Counted from the stretch's first letter, positions 1 through 15,028 are shown. The stretch: DNA of 64,000 nucleotides from Eledone cirrhosa (GCA_964016885.1 CAXHJY010001504.1:248001-312000); one strand, 5' to 3'. Program-made: numbers and translations. The notes: generated by a model from the sequence alone, not told the origin.

Positions 1-350
1 TTAATATAATGATCTATTAAATTCATCCTGTCTGCATTAATGCTCCGTGAAAACGTTATATTAAATATAATATTGATATCGAAAATATATTGGTATCATT
101 ATTATATCGTTTTCGATAATATCGTATAACAATAAGATAATTAATTTTTGTTTATTGATAATTTAACAAATTTTAATACCAGGCAGCATACGTTGTTTGT
201 TGGTGTTAATGAATATAATGGAATATAATAGGTATTTCACGTTTTATTTCTGTACATATTGGATATTGTTTTTATCAATTCGTCAGTGCTTTATGCCATA
301 TAGTGTATCATAAGCGGATAATGAGGATACGCCACACACACACATACACG

Positions 351-414
<64 letters not shown>

Positions 415-579
415 TATTTACGTATATATATATATATGATATTATATATATGGATAATATATATATATATAATATTTATATATGATATATGATATATATT
501 TATATATATATACACACATACGTATATATATATGATATTATATATATATGGATAATATATATATATATATTTATATATG

Positions 580-613
<34 letters not shown>

Positions 614-728
614 ATATCTATATATTATATATATATATATATATTATATATATAATATCTATATATTATATATATATATATAATATATATATATATATAT
701 AATATCTATATACCATATATATATATAT

Positions 729-918
729 AATTGTTTCTACTTTAGGCACAAGGCCAGCAATTACCCAGTGCATTACTGGTACTTTATTTTATCGACCCCG
801 TAAGGATGAAAGGCAAAGTCAACCTCGGCGGGATTTGAAATCAGACCGCAAAGGGACGTAACTATGCTGGAAAGCATGGCGTCCGACCCTCTACCGATAC
901 TGCCAATCCACCGCCCTC
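729..918 (-). mobile_element. tRNA-derived SINE with Nin-like central domain
   Basis: Minus strand reads A-box-like TGGCAGTATCGG, B-box-like TTCAAATCC, then GCCTTTCATCCTTACGGGGTCGATAAAATAAAGTACCAG and tail GCTGGCCTTGTGCCTAAAGTAGAAACAATTA; many copies in window. Confidence 0.85.
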
Positions 919-1279
919 AAATATATATATAATATCTATATATCACATATATATATAATATTTATATTATATATATACATATAATATTTATATTATATAT
1001 ATGAATAATATATATATATGTATGATACATATATATATGTATAATATATATATATATGAATAATATATATTATACATATATGAATAATATATATGTATGA
1101 CATATATATATATATGTATAATATGTATATATATGTATAATATATATGTATATGACTACTTAGTAATATATAAGTTTATTTATTTTTGGTCTTACAACAC
1201 AGATATGATGTTTCAGCAAAGATATATTGTTTGTATATATATATAACTAGCCGAGAAATATAAATTCATAGACAGACTA

Positions 1280-1304
<25 letters not shown>

Positions 1305-1310
<6 letters not shown>

Positions 1311-1547
1311 ATTAAATAAATGGAAAACTATATTTATAAAACCATATCTATTTCATTATATATATTTCGGGGATATCATGTTAATATGATATCCCCGAAA
1401 TATATATAATGAAATAGATATGGTTTTATAAATATAGTTTTCCATTTATTTAATATTGTAAATATACTCCAAATATTTGTCGAGTGCTTTTATATCAGTT
1501 ATAAATATTTACTAGTTGTAACCCAACAATTTTAAATATAACTTTAC
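1305..1547 (+). mobile_element. Penelope-like pLTR-derived fold-back element in (TA)n
   Basis: 75-bp inverted arms 1305-1379/1386-1460 containing the ribozyme 3' half GAAATATATATA, then tail ACTC (1466)..GAGTGCT (1482); related to 27188 and 47420. Confidence 0.65.
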
Positions 1548-1740
1548 ATATATATATATATATTTATATATATATATGTATGTATGAAGAAAGTAATTCC
1601 ATCGGAAAGCTCCAGGAAAAAATATATATAAAGATATATATAAAATAAATACCAGATAACACACAAGCATCTTCATTGTGTTAATTTAAACTAAATTTTA
1701 CAGTGCATACAGCATGGCCTTCTTAATACAACCGACTATT

Positions 1741-1804
<64 letters not shown>

Positions 1805-1813
1805 GGCGTGTGT

Positions 1814-1855
<42 letters not shown>

Positions 1856-2899
1856 TGTATGTGTGTGTGTGTATGTCTTCCAAGGTACAGTAAATAATGT
1901 ACTCAATACATAAGTAGAGTCTGACCGTCATTATATAATATAGAAATGGCTTCTACAGGACCAGAACTGTCTCATTCATATATATATATATAATTCTGTG
2001 TGTGTGGGGTGGATGGGGAGAGGGGGGGGGGGTGTGTATATGCATACGTGTTTGTTTGCATGTGTGAATATTTTTGTGTATGTGCGTGTGTTCGTTCCTT
2101 GATATATTTTCAAATGCCACTTCATTTACATTTCAGCTCTTGATTCTTTGTGCTTTCATGTATAATATGCTCAACGTTACTGAGCACTTCACTAAACTTT
2201 GCATGAAAAATACTTACTTCACACAGACACACACACACACATATACATATACATACACACATACATACACACTCACACACACACATATATATATATATAT
2301 ATACACATATATATATATATATATCGAGGCCCTCTTTGGATTTCAATCTTCACATTTATTATTATTACTATATATCCTGTATATATATATATATATATAT
2401 AACGAAGGATAGCCGTCGAAACGGCTTGAGCTCTGCCGTCGGGGTCATACTTTTTCCAATATATATATATATATATATATAGCTTTTGCTAATTTGAATT
2501 TACAGGATTAAGCTGTTATTGTAGTAGTAGTAGTAGTAGTAGTAGTAGTTGTAGTAGTAGTAGTTGTAGTAGTAGTAGTTGTAGTAGTAGTTGTAGTAGT
2601 AGTAGCAGCACCATAGCAGCAACAGCAGCAGTAATTGCAGCAGCAGCAGTAATTGCAGCAGCAGCAACAACACCAATAGCAGCAAAAACAGCAGCAGCAG
2701 CAAAAGCTAGTTTAGTTGATAATTAGTATAATAGGCATATCACACACACATTTAGAGAAAATGGCTGTTTTCCCGCCATGAGGAGAGCGAGAAGCTTTAG
2801 ATAGGAAATGAGTAATATCATTTCGTTTATAAACATACAATGAGATAATTACATGTAATATGATAATTATTAAAATGTGCTCTTTCTCCGCCTGTCTCT

Positions 2900-3420
2900 C
2901 TCTAATATCCCCTCTCTCTTTGTCTGTCTCTCTCTCTATCACACACTCTCTCTCTCTCTCTGTCTCTCTCCCTCTCTATCATCCCATCTCTCTTTGTCAC
3001 TCTCTCTATCACTCTCTCTCTCTCTGTCTTTGTCTCTCTCTAACACTGCTTCTCTCTTTGTCTCCCCGTATCACTCCCTCTCTTTTTGTCTCTCTCTAAT
3101 ACATCCTCTCTCTTTGTCTGTCTCTCTCTATCACTCTCTCTCGCTCTATGTCTCTTTCTCTCTCTCTCTATCACCCCATCTCTCTTTGTCTCTCTCTCTC
3201 TCTCTATCACCCCATCTCTCTTTGTCTCTCTCTCTCTGTCTTTGTCTCTCTCTTTCACTGCTTCTCTCTTTGTCTCTCTGTATCACCCCCTCTCTCTTTG
3301 TCTCCGTCTATCACTCCTTCTCTATTTGTCTCTCCCTATCACTGTTTCTCTCTTTGTCTCTCTCTATCACTCCTTCTCTCTTTGTCTCTCTCTATCACTC
3401 TCTCTCTCTTTGACTCTCTC
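2900..3420. repeat. (CT)n-derived minisatellite (TCTCTCTTTGTCTCTCTCTATCAC units)
   Basis: Directly visible; a related (GA)-rich minisatellite lies at 7900-8190. Confidence 0.9.
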
Positions 3421-3452
3421 TAAGACATTCTAAATTATCTTCCTTCTTCATA

Positions 3453-4250
3453 GATTTCAAATCCTGCCGAAGTTAACTTTGCCTTTCATCCTTACGGGGT
3501 CGATAAAATAAAGTACCAGTCACGCACTTGGGTTGATTTAATCGACTTTCCCCTCCCCCCAAATTGCTGGCCTTGTGCCTATATAAGAAACCATTATTTT
3601 TTTATATAAGGGTGATGGATTGGCAGAATAGGTAGAGCACCAGACACCATGTTTTGAAGCATAGAGTTCTGGCCCTTTATGTTCTGCGTTCAAATCCCGC
3701 CGAGGTTAACTTTGCCTTTCATCCTTACGGGGTCGATAAAATAAACTACCAGTAATGTACTGGGGTATTTGCTGGCCATGTGTCAAAAGTAGAAACAATT
3801 ATTTTTTTTTATCCTTCTTCGGGCAGTGGATTGGCAGAATTGGCAGAGCATCAGGTACCAGGCTTTGCAGCATAGAGTTATGGCCCATTATCGTCTGAGT
3901 TCAAATCCCGCCGAGGTTAGCTTTGCCTTTCATCCTTACGGGGGCGATAAAATAAAACACCAGTAATACAATGGGGTCGATTTAATCGACTTTCCCCTCC
4001 CCTCAAATTGCTGGCCTTGTGCTTAAAGTAGAAACATTTTTTAAAAATCCTTCTTAGGGCAGAGAATTAGCAAGATCGGTAGAGCGTCGGACAAAATGTC
4101 ATTTACGTTCTGCTTTCAAATCCCGCCGAGGTTAGCCTCGCCTTCCATCCTTATGGGGTCGATAAAATAAGGCACCAGTAACACACTGAAGTCGAATTGA
4201 TCGACTTTCCCCTCTTCCAAAATTGTTTGTCTTATGCCTAAAGCAGAAAC
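3453..4250 (+). mobile_element. Head-to-tail array of about 4 Nin-domain SINE copies
   Basis: Repeated TTCAAATCCYGCCGARGTTAVC..TTTCATCCTTACGGGGTCGATAAAATAA units near 3456, 3689, 3900 and 4115. Confidence 0.85.
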
Positions 4251-4434
4251 CCTTAATACAACTTTGTTCTGCTTCACATGTATTGTAACACCTATGTTTA
4301 TAGTGTTTCCTCTGTTTTATGAGCAAGCCCTTGTGGTTAATAAAGAAACTGCCAATATCAGCCCTACCCCACCCCAACATCATTATCATCATCATCATCA
4401 TCATCATCTTCATCGTCATCATCACCACCATCAA

Positions 4435-5920
4435 TCTTGGCGAAGCGAAGACCGAGACAGCACTTGGCAACTGATATGACGTCAAGCTACCACTGCCCTC
4501 TACCGGACAGGAAATGCGGTCGTCGGAAGTTTCGCTTTGGCGTTCTATAGGGGATTAATTGCAGGTAAAATTGAACATGTTCTCGGGGAAACCCTAGTCG
4601 TTGAAGAAAATCAACTCATCTGTTTCGGAGAACTTTCAGTCCACTGTCCTTTGATAATGTCCTGAAATGTATGACATGGTAGTACTGTTGAGAGATTCTA
4701 TCAGTTCGAGATATAGACGACTCGAGTAGTATGGAAATGCCGTCAGTTGAGCAAGTCCGAGATGTGCGCAGGGGAATGAAACTGTTCGGGTGAAACAGTT
4801 CTGCGTCCAATGTCCGAGCATTGCTGACATGTGGAGTTATGTCAAACAGATGCTGGCACGCGTGGGACGGATCCGGCTATCAGCTAACTCCATTATGAAA
4901 TCGACCTCCCCCCCCCCCCGACCCCTAGCCCCGTCAACATTGAACCGAGAAGAGCAGGCAGTGTTTATATATGTCTGATAGTTATATCAAAAGAGGTTGT
5001 GTGGTGAAGGAGATTAAAAGTGGTAAAGACGGACACTTTCCTCTTGGGCTAAACCGTCAAAGACGTTTACAAGTTTCACTTGAGAAGGAAATGCTGTCTT
5101 CCAGCAAATTTCTTGTATGCTAGGTGGAGGACAGCTGGGAGAAGGTAGTTGCTATAGTGGTCAGGGTATTCGAGGTAATTTGGGGAATATTTTATTTTTA
5201 TTTCATTGTCACCCCCTTTTGATTTGGTTTTTAATTTCTCTCATTTTCATACATTTCCATAGACCCACAGTGCATTGTATTATACCGTCCTTAATGTGTT
5301 TCTTGTAAACCCTTTGTGATTAATACAAAAATAATCGTTATTATGTATGGGTTGCACAGTTAATATGATATATACTGGACCTTCTACTGCTTGTCAGGTC
5401 TGAATAAGGACCTTAGAGAGAGACAGTACTTTCGCGAGTATATGTACATTTTTCAACGGGGGGGGGGGGGTATAGGAGAGAAGTTTGTGATTCGAGGTAT
5501 ATTTGCTTAAATTTCCTCCTCAGTTTTAATGGTACTGAGCCCAAAACTCCGATAGAAACTGGAATTAGCATCATGTTATTAAATGGTATAGACTATATTT
5601 GTTAAAAGATGGGTGAATGTAGGGAGCAGAACAAGAGTAAGTGGGCCTACACTAAGCATGTACTTGTAGGCTGGAGAATTAAGAAGGAAAAAGGCCACAT
5701 TTTAAAGGTGTTCTTAGTGATCCGAGTGATGTTTCAACGGTGTGATTCTTCTATTATCCCTGGGTGGTGCACCATCCTATTGGGAAATTCTGTTGTAAAC
5801 TTTTCTTTGTTACCTTGTTACCTGTATTTTTCTGTTTGTTAAATTTGTGTAAATCCACTCTCACCCTCTTCATTCAAATTGTACTTTGTGTTTCGACCCT
5901 AGAGGCCAATAAGGAATCCA
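4435..5920 (+). mobile_element. Degenerate 3' part of an L1/Tx1-like LINE (ORF2 C-terminus with decayed zinc knuckle, then probable 3' UTR)
   Basis: Broken frames read LAFYRGLIAGKIEHVLGETL, PRCAQGNETV..VQCPSIADMWSYVKQMLARVGRIRLSANSIM, KEVVW*RRLK..KFHLRRK; ends GAGGCCAATAAGGAAT. Stops and frameshifts present; clade from recalled motif similarity; 5330-5700 may be an unrelated insert. Confidence 0.6.
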
Positions 5921-6100
5921 TTATCGGTAGAGAGTCAGACACCATGCTTTGAAGCATAGAGTTACGTCCCTTTATGATCTGAGTTCAAATCCCGCCGAGG
6001 TTAACTTTGACATTCATCCTTACGGTTTCGATAAAATAAAGTACCAGTAATACACTGGGGTAATTGCTGGCCTTGTGCCAAAAAGTAGAAACAATTATTA
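5921..6100 (+). mobile_element. Nin-domain SINE
   Basis: Same head/core/tail as 729-918. Confidence 0.85.
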
Positions 6101-6277
6101 TCAGAAGAACGGTTATCATTGCACTATACACACACACACACACATATATATATATGTACATGTGTATATATATATATGTACATGTGTGTATATATATATG
6201 TACATGCGTATATATTTATATATATATGTACATGTGTATATATGTATATGTACATGTGTGTATATATATATATGTAC

Positions 6278-6340
<63 letters not shown>

Positions 6341-6341
<1 letters not shown>

Positions 6342-6534
6342 CGTTATTCCGGGTTGAATCGGAGGTAACCACAGTAAGTAAGGTACTCAATACATTGCAG
6401 AGTATAAAAGTTTTAATATAGATGAGATTCTACAGGACTAGAACTGTTTCATTCTTTAGAAATCATCAGGAATCATGATGATTTCTAAAGAATGAAACAG
6501 TTCTAGTCCTGTAGAATCTCATCTATATTAAAAA

Positions 6535-6535
<1 letters not shown>
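6341..6535 (-). mobile_element. Penelope-like pLTR-derived fold-back element in (TA)n
   Basis: Arms 6411-6468/6476-6533; family members at 1875-1978, 13020-13215, 53133-53265. Confidence 0.65.
6435..6474 (-). ncRNA. Candidate hammerhead ribozyme
   Basis: Minus strand GATTC-CTGATGA-TTTCTAAAGAAT-GAAACAGTTC-TAGTC; relatives near 13120-13190 and 53217-53255 have decayed cores. Confidence 0.5.
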
Positions 6536-6574
<39 letters not shown>

Positions 6575-6632
6575 GTGTATATATGTACATGTGTATATAT
6601 ATATATATATATATACATGTGTATATATGTAC

Positions 6633-6685
<53 letters not shown>

Positions 6686-6687
6686 TA

Positions 6688-6905
6688 AAATAAAAGTACC
6701 AGTAATACACTGGTTAATTTGCTGGCCTTGTGCCAAAAGTAGAAACAATTATTAATATTCTGAGTTCAAATCCCGCCGAGGTTAACTTTGCCTTTCATCC
6801 TTACGGGAGTCGATAAAATAAAGTACCAGTCACGCACTGGGGTCGATTTAATCGACTTTCCCCTCCCCCCCAAAATTACTGGCCTTGTGCCTATATAAGA
6901 AACTA
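6688..6905 (+). mobile_element. Nin-domain SINE fragments (tail plus 5'-truncated copy)
   Basis: AAAGTACCAGTAATACACTGG..GTAGAAACAATTA followed by GAGTTCAAATCCCGCCGAGG core. Confidence 0.8.
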
Positions 6906-7069
6906 TTATTATTATTATTATTATTATTATTTTCATCAATAATAAAATATTAATTATTGTTTATATCGTTATAATAACATTTATTATAATTTATGTTGTT
7001 AATATCGTTGTAGATATTAATCATATCAACAGCGGACATTACTATCACAAGCACCATCGCTGTCATTAC

Positions 7070-7096
7070 AAGCATCACCATTGTCACCATCACCAC

Positions 7097-7130
<34 letters not shown>

Positions 7131-7399
7131 GTAGTCGCTATTATTATCATCATCAATATAATTACTGTTATTAACGTGGCCATTTTGTTATCAATACAAT
7201 GACGCCGACGATGATGACGATAAAGATGGCGGCGGCGATGATGGCGGTGGCGATGGTGGTGGTGGCGATCGATGATGGTGGTAATAATGATGATGGTGGT
7301 GGTGGTGGTGGTGGTGGTGGGGGTGGGGGTTGGGGGTTGGTGTCGTCTGATTTTGAGGTCAGTGGTGCTGGCAATGATGCTTATAATAATGATCATCAC

Positions 7400-7434
<35 letters not shown>

Positions 7435-7525
7435 CCATCACCATCATCATCATCATCATCATCACCATCACCATCATCATCATCACCATCATCGTCATCA
7501 TCATCAACAACATCACCATCATATA
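7070..7525. repeat. (CAT)n/(GAT)n/(GGT)n trinucleotide complex
   Basis: Directly visible. Confidence 0.9.
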
Positions 7526-7714
7526 ACCGTCATTATTATCACTTCATTTCACGTTATAAACAATATCATTATGATGGAAAGTGAATCAAGATAATTAATT
7601 AAATGCATTATTTACACTGGTAATTAACCCTAATTAGGTAAGGGGAGGGAAATGAGGGGAAGAGAAGACATAGTTAAATGTATACATACATACATATACA
7701 GTATATATATATAT

Positions 7715-7758
<44 letters not shown>

Positions 7759-8744
7759 GCATAACATATGTATATATATATATATATATATATATCTATA
7801 CATAGGTTTGTGTAAATATATATATTTGCATGCATACACACACATACATATATATATATGTATATATACGTATATACGTATGTACATATATATATATATA
7901 TAGAGAGAGAGGGAGAGGGAGGGTGTATGCGATAGAGAGAGGGAGAGATAAAGAAAGAGAGAGAGAGAGGTAGGGTGTATGCGATAGAGAGGGGGAGATA
8001 AAGAAAGAGAGAGAGAGGGGTAGGGTGTATGCTATAGAAGGAGGGGGGAGATAAAGAAAGAAAGAGAGCGAGAGGGGTAGGGTGTATGCTATAGAGGGAG
8101 GGGAGAGATAAAGAAAGAAAGAGAGAGAGAGTGAGAGAGGTAGGGTGTATGCGATAGAGATGGGGAGAGATAAAGAAAGAGAGAGAGATTAGAAAAGTTT
8201 ATAATCCTTTGGGGAGAGAGTTTCTTTCCATATAAACAAACATGTGTGTATGTATATGTATTTCTATATGTATGTATTTGTATGTGCGTATGTGTATTTG
8301 TATATATGTGTATGTATTTGTATATGTGTGTATCTATATGTATTTGTATGTATGTGTGTGTATATGTATTCATATGTGTGTATGTATGTGTATATATGTG
8401 TATGTATGTGTATTTGTATATGTGTGTATGTATATGTATTTGTATGTGTGTGTATATGTATATATATCACTGCATGTATATGCCTTAGTGTGTGTGTGTA
8501 CGCGTGTGTACATGGGTATATTTGTGTGAATAAGTTTGCATGTATGTGTGTGTATGTGAACATATGTGTGTGCATATATATGCATGTTTGTGTGCATGAG
8601 TTTGTATAAATGTGAATGTATGTATGTATGTATTTGTGTATGCATGTGTACGTGTGTGTATGTATGTGTGTGTATGTGTATGCATGAAAGTGTATGCATA
8701 TGAAGACAGTGTGTGTATGTATATACAGCATGTATATATATACA

Positions 8745-8788
<44 letters not shown>

Positions 8789-8803
8789 TCATATGCATGT
8801 ATA

Positions 8804-8846
<43 letters not shown>

Positions 8847-9677
8847 CGTCACAGTAGATGCTATGTAGGATGTATAGAAAACTATATATTTTCTTCCTCT
8901 TTGATCTTTCACCTTCTCTTTTATATTTGCTTCTTTCCATCTTTCTTTTTTCTTTCTTTCTTTCATTATTTATTTTTGTTTTTCTTTTACTTTTTGTTAT
9001 TTCCCTTTGCTTTGTTATTATCGTCGTCATCGTTGCTGTTGTTGTTGTTGTTGTTGTTGTTGCTATTGTTATTGTTGTTGTTGCTATTGTTGTTGTCGTC
9101 GTTGACTTTTTTCACAAGGAAACGTGCACGAAATGTTTGCAAAAACTGTATTATTATTATATAGGATGGTTTTATAAATATTTACGTGTTTACACACACA
9201 CACACACACACGCACACACACATACTTTCATATAGATATATATACACACATATACATGTGTTTATACATACACACACACACACAAACACACACACACACT
9301 TACATATACATACATATACACACACACACGTGTGGTTATACACACATACACATAGACGTACACACACGCGTGTTTATACACACACACACAAACATACACA
9401 CACATACACATACACACACATACACACAGACACCCACACACAGAGACACGCACATACTTGCTTGTACACACATATACACACATATACACACACGAGTGTA
9501 TATAAATTAGTATATTAATTATTTAATGTGTGTATACAGGAGATAGACATATATAGATAGATAGGTATATAGAGAGTTAGATAGATATATACATATACAT
9601 GTATACACACACATACACACAGATATATACACCGTGTCTGTGTGTGTGTGTTTAAATATTAATATATATATATATAC

Positions 9678-9725
<48 letters not shown>

Positions 9726-9870
9726 ACCTGCTATATATATATATATATATATATACACATGTAGGGGGTGAGTTTTATTGTAGTACAATAAAGCAATGCA
9801 AATATCGGATACGTTGATTTAAAACTTCACTATTCACAAGTGTTTTTTAACCTTAATATAATGTATCCCT

Positions 9871-9930
9871 ATTTTGTCTGATGAAAACGCAGATATCATC
9901 TCATGATTTTTGAAATGCGCATAATAAAAT
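9871..9930 (+). ncRNA. Minimal type I hammerhead ribozyme
   Basis: Stem I ATTTTGT/ATAAAAT, CTGATGA (9878-9884), stem II AAA..TTT, GAAA (9912-9915), palindromic A-TGCGCA-T, cleavage after UA (9923). Confidence 0.75.
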
Positions 9931-10333
9931 ACTTGGAACTCTTTTAACCATCTTTTGATCTTATATTATATATATATACCAGGTAGATAGATAGATATAT
10001 ACACACATACACACATGTGTGTGTTTATATGTTAATATGCATTTATATAAGAGATATAGAGATAGATAGATAGATGGATAGATAGAAAGAAATACACACC
10101 CACACACACATGCACACTTACACACACACGCACACACACACTTACATCTTTACAATGTAGATATGTAAGGTATGATATAATATTTAAGTAAGCCATTAAC
10201 GTGTTCACTATGGGACTGAGACGCTTTCAGAAATGAAAAGTTTAACATATGATATGATATACATACTGGCCAGTACACAAGGAATATATTTTAAAATGTA
10301 GTCATCATCACCCACAAACAGTAGCCGTTACAT

Positions 10334-10387
<54 letters not shown>

Positions 10388-10501
10388 GAAATGATTCAGG
10401 ACCCCCAACAGCTGAGCTTCGGCCGTTTCGACAGCTAAATCCGAACTTTATTAACCAAAGTATCGAGTACTCTGGTATCTTACCACACCTTCTTTGTTTT
10501 A

Positions 10502-10552
<51 letters not shown>

Positions 10553-10574
10553 CTTCAAGCTTTCTAATTTCTCA

Positions 10575-10615
10575 TTCTTTATTCTGATGAAGGACTAGCG
10601 TCCGAAACGTTAAGA
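10575..10615 (+). ncRNA. Minimal type I hammerhead ribozyme
   Basis: CTGATGA (10584-10590), A, stem II GGAC-tagc-GTCC, GAAACGTTA (palindrome AACGTT); stem I weak. Confidence 0.6.
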
Positions 10616-10710
10616 ACCACTTCCTGTCATTTCAAGCGTTTAAACTAATATATTCCTGCTATATACTGTACTGATTGGGTTGTGTTATTTCTGTTTTACC
10701 TTTTACATGC

Positions 10711-10772
<62 letters not shown>

Positions 10773-11049
10773 ATTTTCTACCCTGCAGCTGAGCTCTTAC
10801 CACTGTCGATATGGGTAAAAAAGCCTTAGAGTAGAAATCACTATCATACCTGCCCCTCCTTATTTAAGTGTATCATGTACTAAACCGAACAATATTCTTA
10901 CTAGCCTTAACTAGTAATCCCTCTCCCCTCAATATATATATATATATATATATACGTAATGAAAATAAAGTCTAACGTCATATTGGATAATGTAGTCCTA
11001 GATACATTACGTCATACAATCAAAATGGTGGACAGGGCTGATTTATTTT

Positions 11050-11285
11050 TCAACTCTTTTGATACCAAACCGCTTAAACCATCCTTTGTTCTCCGTGACA
11101 AAACTATTTGTTTTTAAAAATGTCTATATTTATCTAAAACAAACACCCCATTATAGATTTATGTAAGGAACTTTAAGTTTATGCTGCAAACCCTAACTTA
11201 ATTATTTACAAATCCCTCGAATTTCTTGATTAAGTGAAAATTATAACAAGGCATTTCGTCAGAAATACGATAGCAAATGTGTTAA
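11050..11285. mobile_element. Degenerate piggyBac-type MITE
   Basis: Ends TCAACTCTTTTGATACC and GATAGCAAATGTGTTAA resemble decayed TTAACCCTTT TIRs. Confidence 0.3.
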
Positions 11286-12464
11286 CAAGAGATTCTTACT
11301 ACAGAAGATATAATTACTGATGCTAAAAAGAAAATGTCTGGTATAGATATGGGGAGGTGATGATCTCCGATCATTTTGTGTTCACTCAATTCCCTACTAA
11401 GAAAGACCGGCATATTTGAAAATGTAGACCTGGATTGACCATGTCTTCTGTAAGCGCAAAACGACTGGATGGTCACGACTGGATGGTCACGACTGGAACG
11501 GATTTGACCATAGGACTGCTCGGTAAGATAAACTGGAGAGAGGAGCAGCAATCATTGCCAAGAGGTTACAAACTGAAGAAAGAAAGAGGTTTCAGTCCAA
11601 CTGAATTCAGTTAATGTTTGCTCGGCAGCCATTTTATCGTCTGCAGAAAGGGGAAACACAAAAGACTAAGGAACCTATTGGTGGTGATGAAACGAAACGA
11701 AATACGTCTATTCCTCTCAAATCGATTATATTACTTAGCTGTTGTTGTTTGTGTTCCAGTTATCATCTCATCTTATCTTCAGGACACTTCTTATCCAAGA
11801 TTGTCTTTTTAAAAGGATATAGTGTGTGGTTTTTTGTATATATTTACAAATATAATGAGAGAGAGAAACAGAGGAAGAGAAAAAGAGAGAGGGGGGTTGG
11901 TTGGTTTGGGGGGGGGGGGTCGAGAAAACATAAGAAGGAGGTGGCGAGGATATGGAAAGGGGCAAAATTTACACCCTTAGCTAGACGTCGTATCTCAGAT
12001 GCACACGGCGGACAAGATGGCGAAATCTTCGCTGCAGACATCAGCTTCGCCCAAAGGTAGAGGCATATCATCTTTGACTCGATACGGCCCTTTATCCGTC
12101 TTTCAGCTTTGTATTTTCTATGATGTTTGTATTTCTCTCACATGTCTAACATCCAGCTGTTTGATGTTGGTATCAGAACCCTGTTTGATCTAAGTATTAA
12201 AGCATTTTTTCCCTCTTGTCTGTCCCTCATTTTAACCTAAGGTATTTATTTACAAATTTCTGCTCGTCACACCTACTTGATATTTGTAAGTTAGTCACCA
12301 TTTCATCTCTCCCTTGCGTTGTTTGGTATCATCCTATTTCGGAAGTATCATAGGAGTAGGATTCTGAGATATGGTTTCCCGACCGTTTTTTTCCTACCGG
12401 AAAATTGTCGCATCAAAGAAATCAGCTGACGATCGGAATTCGTTGGTATTGTTGTTATTATTAA

Positions 12465-12605
12465 CTTGACAGTATCGGTAGAGGTTTGGACGCCATGCTT
12501 TGCAGCATAGAGTTACGGCCCTTTACGTTATGGGAGGTCGATAAAATAAAATAAAATAAAATGCAAATAATTGCTGGCCTTGTGCCAAAAGTAGAAACAA
12601 TTATT
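12465..12605 (+). mobile_element. Internally deleted Nin-domain SINE
   Basis: Head CAGTATCGGTAGAGG.. joined to GTCGATAAAATAAA and tail. Confidence 0.75.
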
Positions 12606-12900
12606 ATCTTCCATTCCCCATAAAATTCGTCCGGTTGTTTAAGGTCCAGTTTTAAAGGTGATTCCATATAATATCTTTTTTGACCGATTTTTAACTAAAT
12701 TTTATTTCGTTTGATTTATCCCATATTCCAAGATATGACACTAAACTCTCATTTAAATGATCTTTCACAGGTGGCGCTGCTTAATATTTCCCGTCCCTTG
12801 GGTTCATATCTTCATATTCATAGACACCTTTCATTGTAATAAAAATAAACGTTGATGATTCAAATTTATACTTCCTATCGCCCAATGGTTCTAACAATAG

Positions 12901-13215
<315 letters not shown>

Positions 13216-13217
13216 AT

Positions 13218-13257
<40 letters not shown>

Positions 13258-13341
13258 AAGTAGAGTTTATGTAATATATAATTACATGAACGCAGTCATA
13301 CACACAAACAAACATACACATGCACAAACACACATATATAC

Positions 13342-13393
<52 letters not shown>

Positions 13394-13626
13394 GTTTGGA
13401 AACAAACACCTACAGAAACACAAACACACGCTTACTTAATATATGGCTGAAACGTAAGAAGTTCGATAACACTAAAAATAATATATTATATATACATATA
13501 AGTTCATATATCCATATATATATATATATATATATATTGTTATATATTCATATATATATGTTCATATATATATTCATATATATATGTTCATATATATATA
13601 TATATGTTCATATATATATATATATG

Positions 13627-13714
<88 letters not shown>

Positions 13715-14093
13715 TATATATGTTCATATATATATATATATAGGCGTTTGTAAGAGTGTACGTATGTGCGTGTGTGCTATATAGGTAGACATATATTGTC
13801 ATACATAATATTTTAGCCAATAGCCGTAAGTTAAACCTCCGTCTGTGAGGTGAACGTATATTTTCCGTTCAGCCGTATGTCGATAAAATATCCGACTAGT
13901 ATGTCCGTGAAAATAATGACTAATATGTCGGTTAAAGTTGATTCAAAGCAACCAATACCAGCTGACCCTTTTTAAATAATTGGCCCAGTGCCGACTCAGT
14001 CTTCTATCAATCAATCTGATTGTTGTCTGTCAAACTGTCTCCCGCTCTCCCCCCTCCCCCTTTTCTCTCTCCCACCCCTTTTCTCTCACCCCC

Positions 14094-14142
<49 letters not shown>

Positions 14143-14189
14143 AATATACATATGAATATATATATATGTGTGTGTGAATATACATATGA

Positions 14190-14238
<49 letters not shown>

Positions 14239-14239
14239 A

Positions 14240-14392
<153 letters not shown>

Positions 14393-14570
14393 GATATAGA
14401 TATGTGTGTGTGCGTGTGTGTGAGAATATACAAATGATATATATATATATTTTTATATACATATATATATGTGTGTGTATGTGTGTGAATATATATAAGA
14501 ATATATATGTATGTGTATATATATCTATCTATATCTATATATATATATGTATTTATATGTATGTATATGC

Positions 14571-14617
<47 letters not shown>

Positions 14618-15028
14618 AAATACAAGAATATTCGTGAACCAAAGAAACACACTCATATGTGTATGCATGTATGTATGTACGTATGAATGTATGCAAGTTT
14701 GTATGTATGCATAGTATCCACACAGAAACACACACACACACATATATATACATATATTTATATATATACATATATATATACATATATATATATATTTATA
14801 TATATACATACATATACATGCATATACATACATATAAATACATATATATATATATAGATATAGATATATATAGATATATATACACATACATATATATTCT
14901 TATATATATATTCACACACATACACACACATATATATATGTATATAAAAATATATATATATATCATTTGTATATTCTCACACACATATATATACATATAT
15001 ATACATATATATATATATATATACATAC

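Noticed and set aside
4477-4565. TGACGTCA (CRE) and CGGAAGT (ETS) motifs as a promoter
   Set aside because: They lie inside the decayed LINE ORF2 remnant.
7199-7594. Poly-Gly/poly-His ORF resembling a transcription factor
   Set aside because: Trinucleotide repeat tract, open in several frames, with no domain or splice support.
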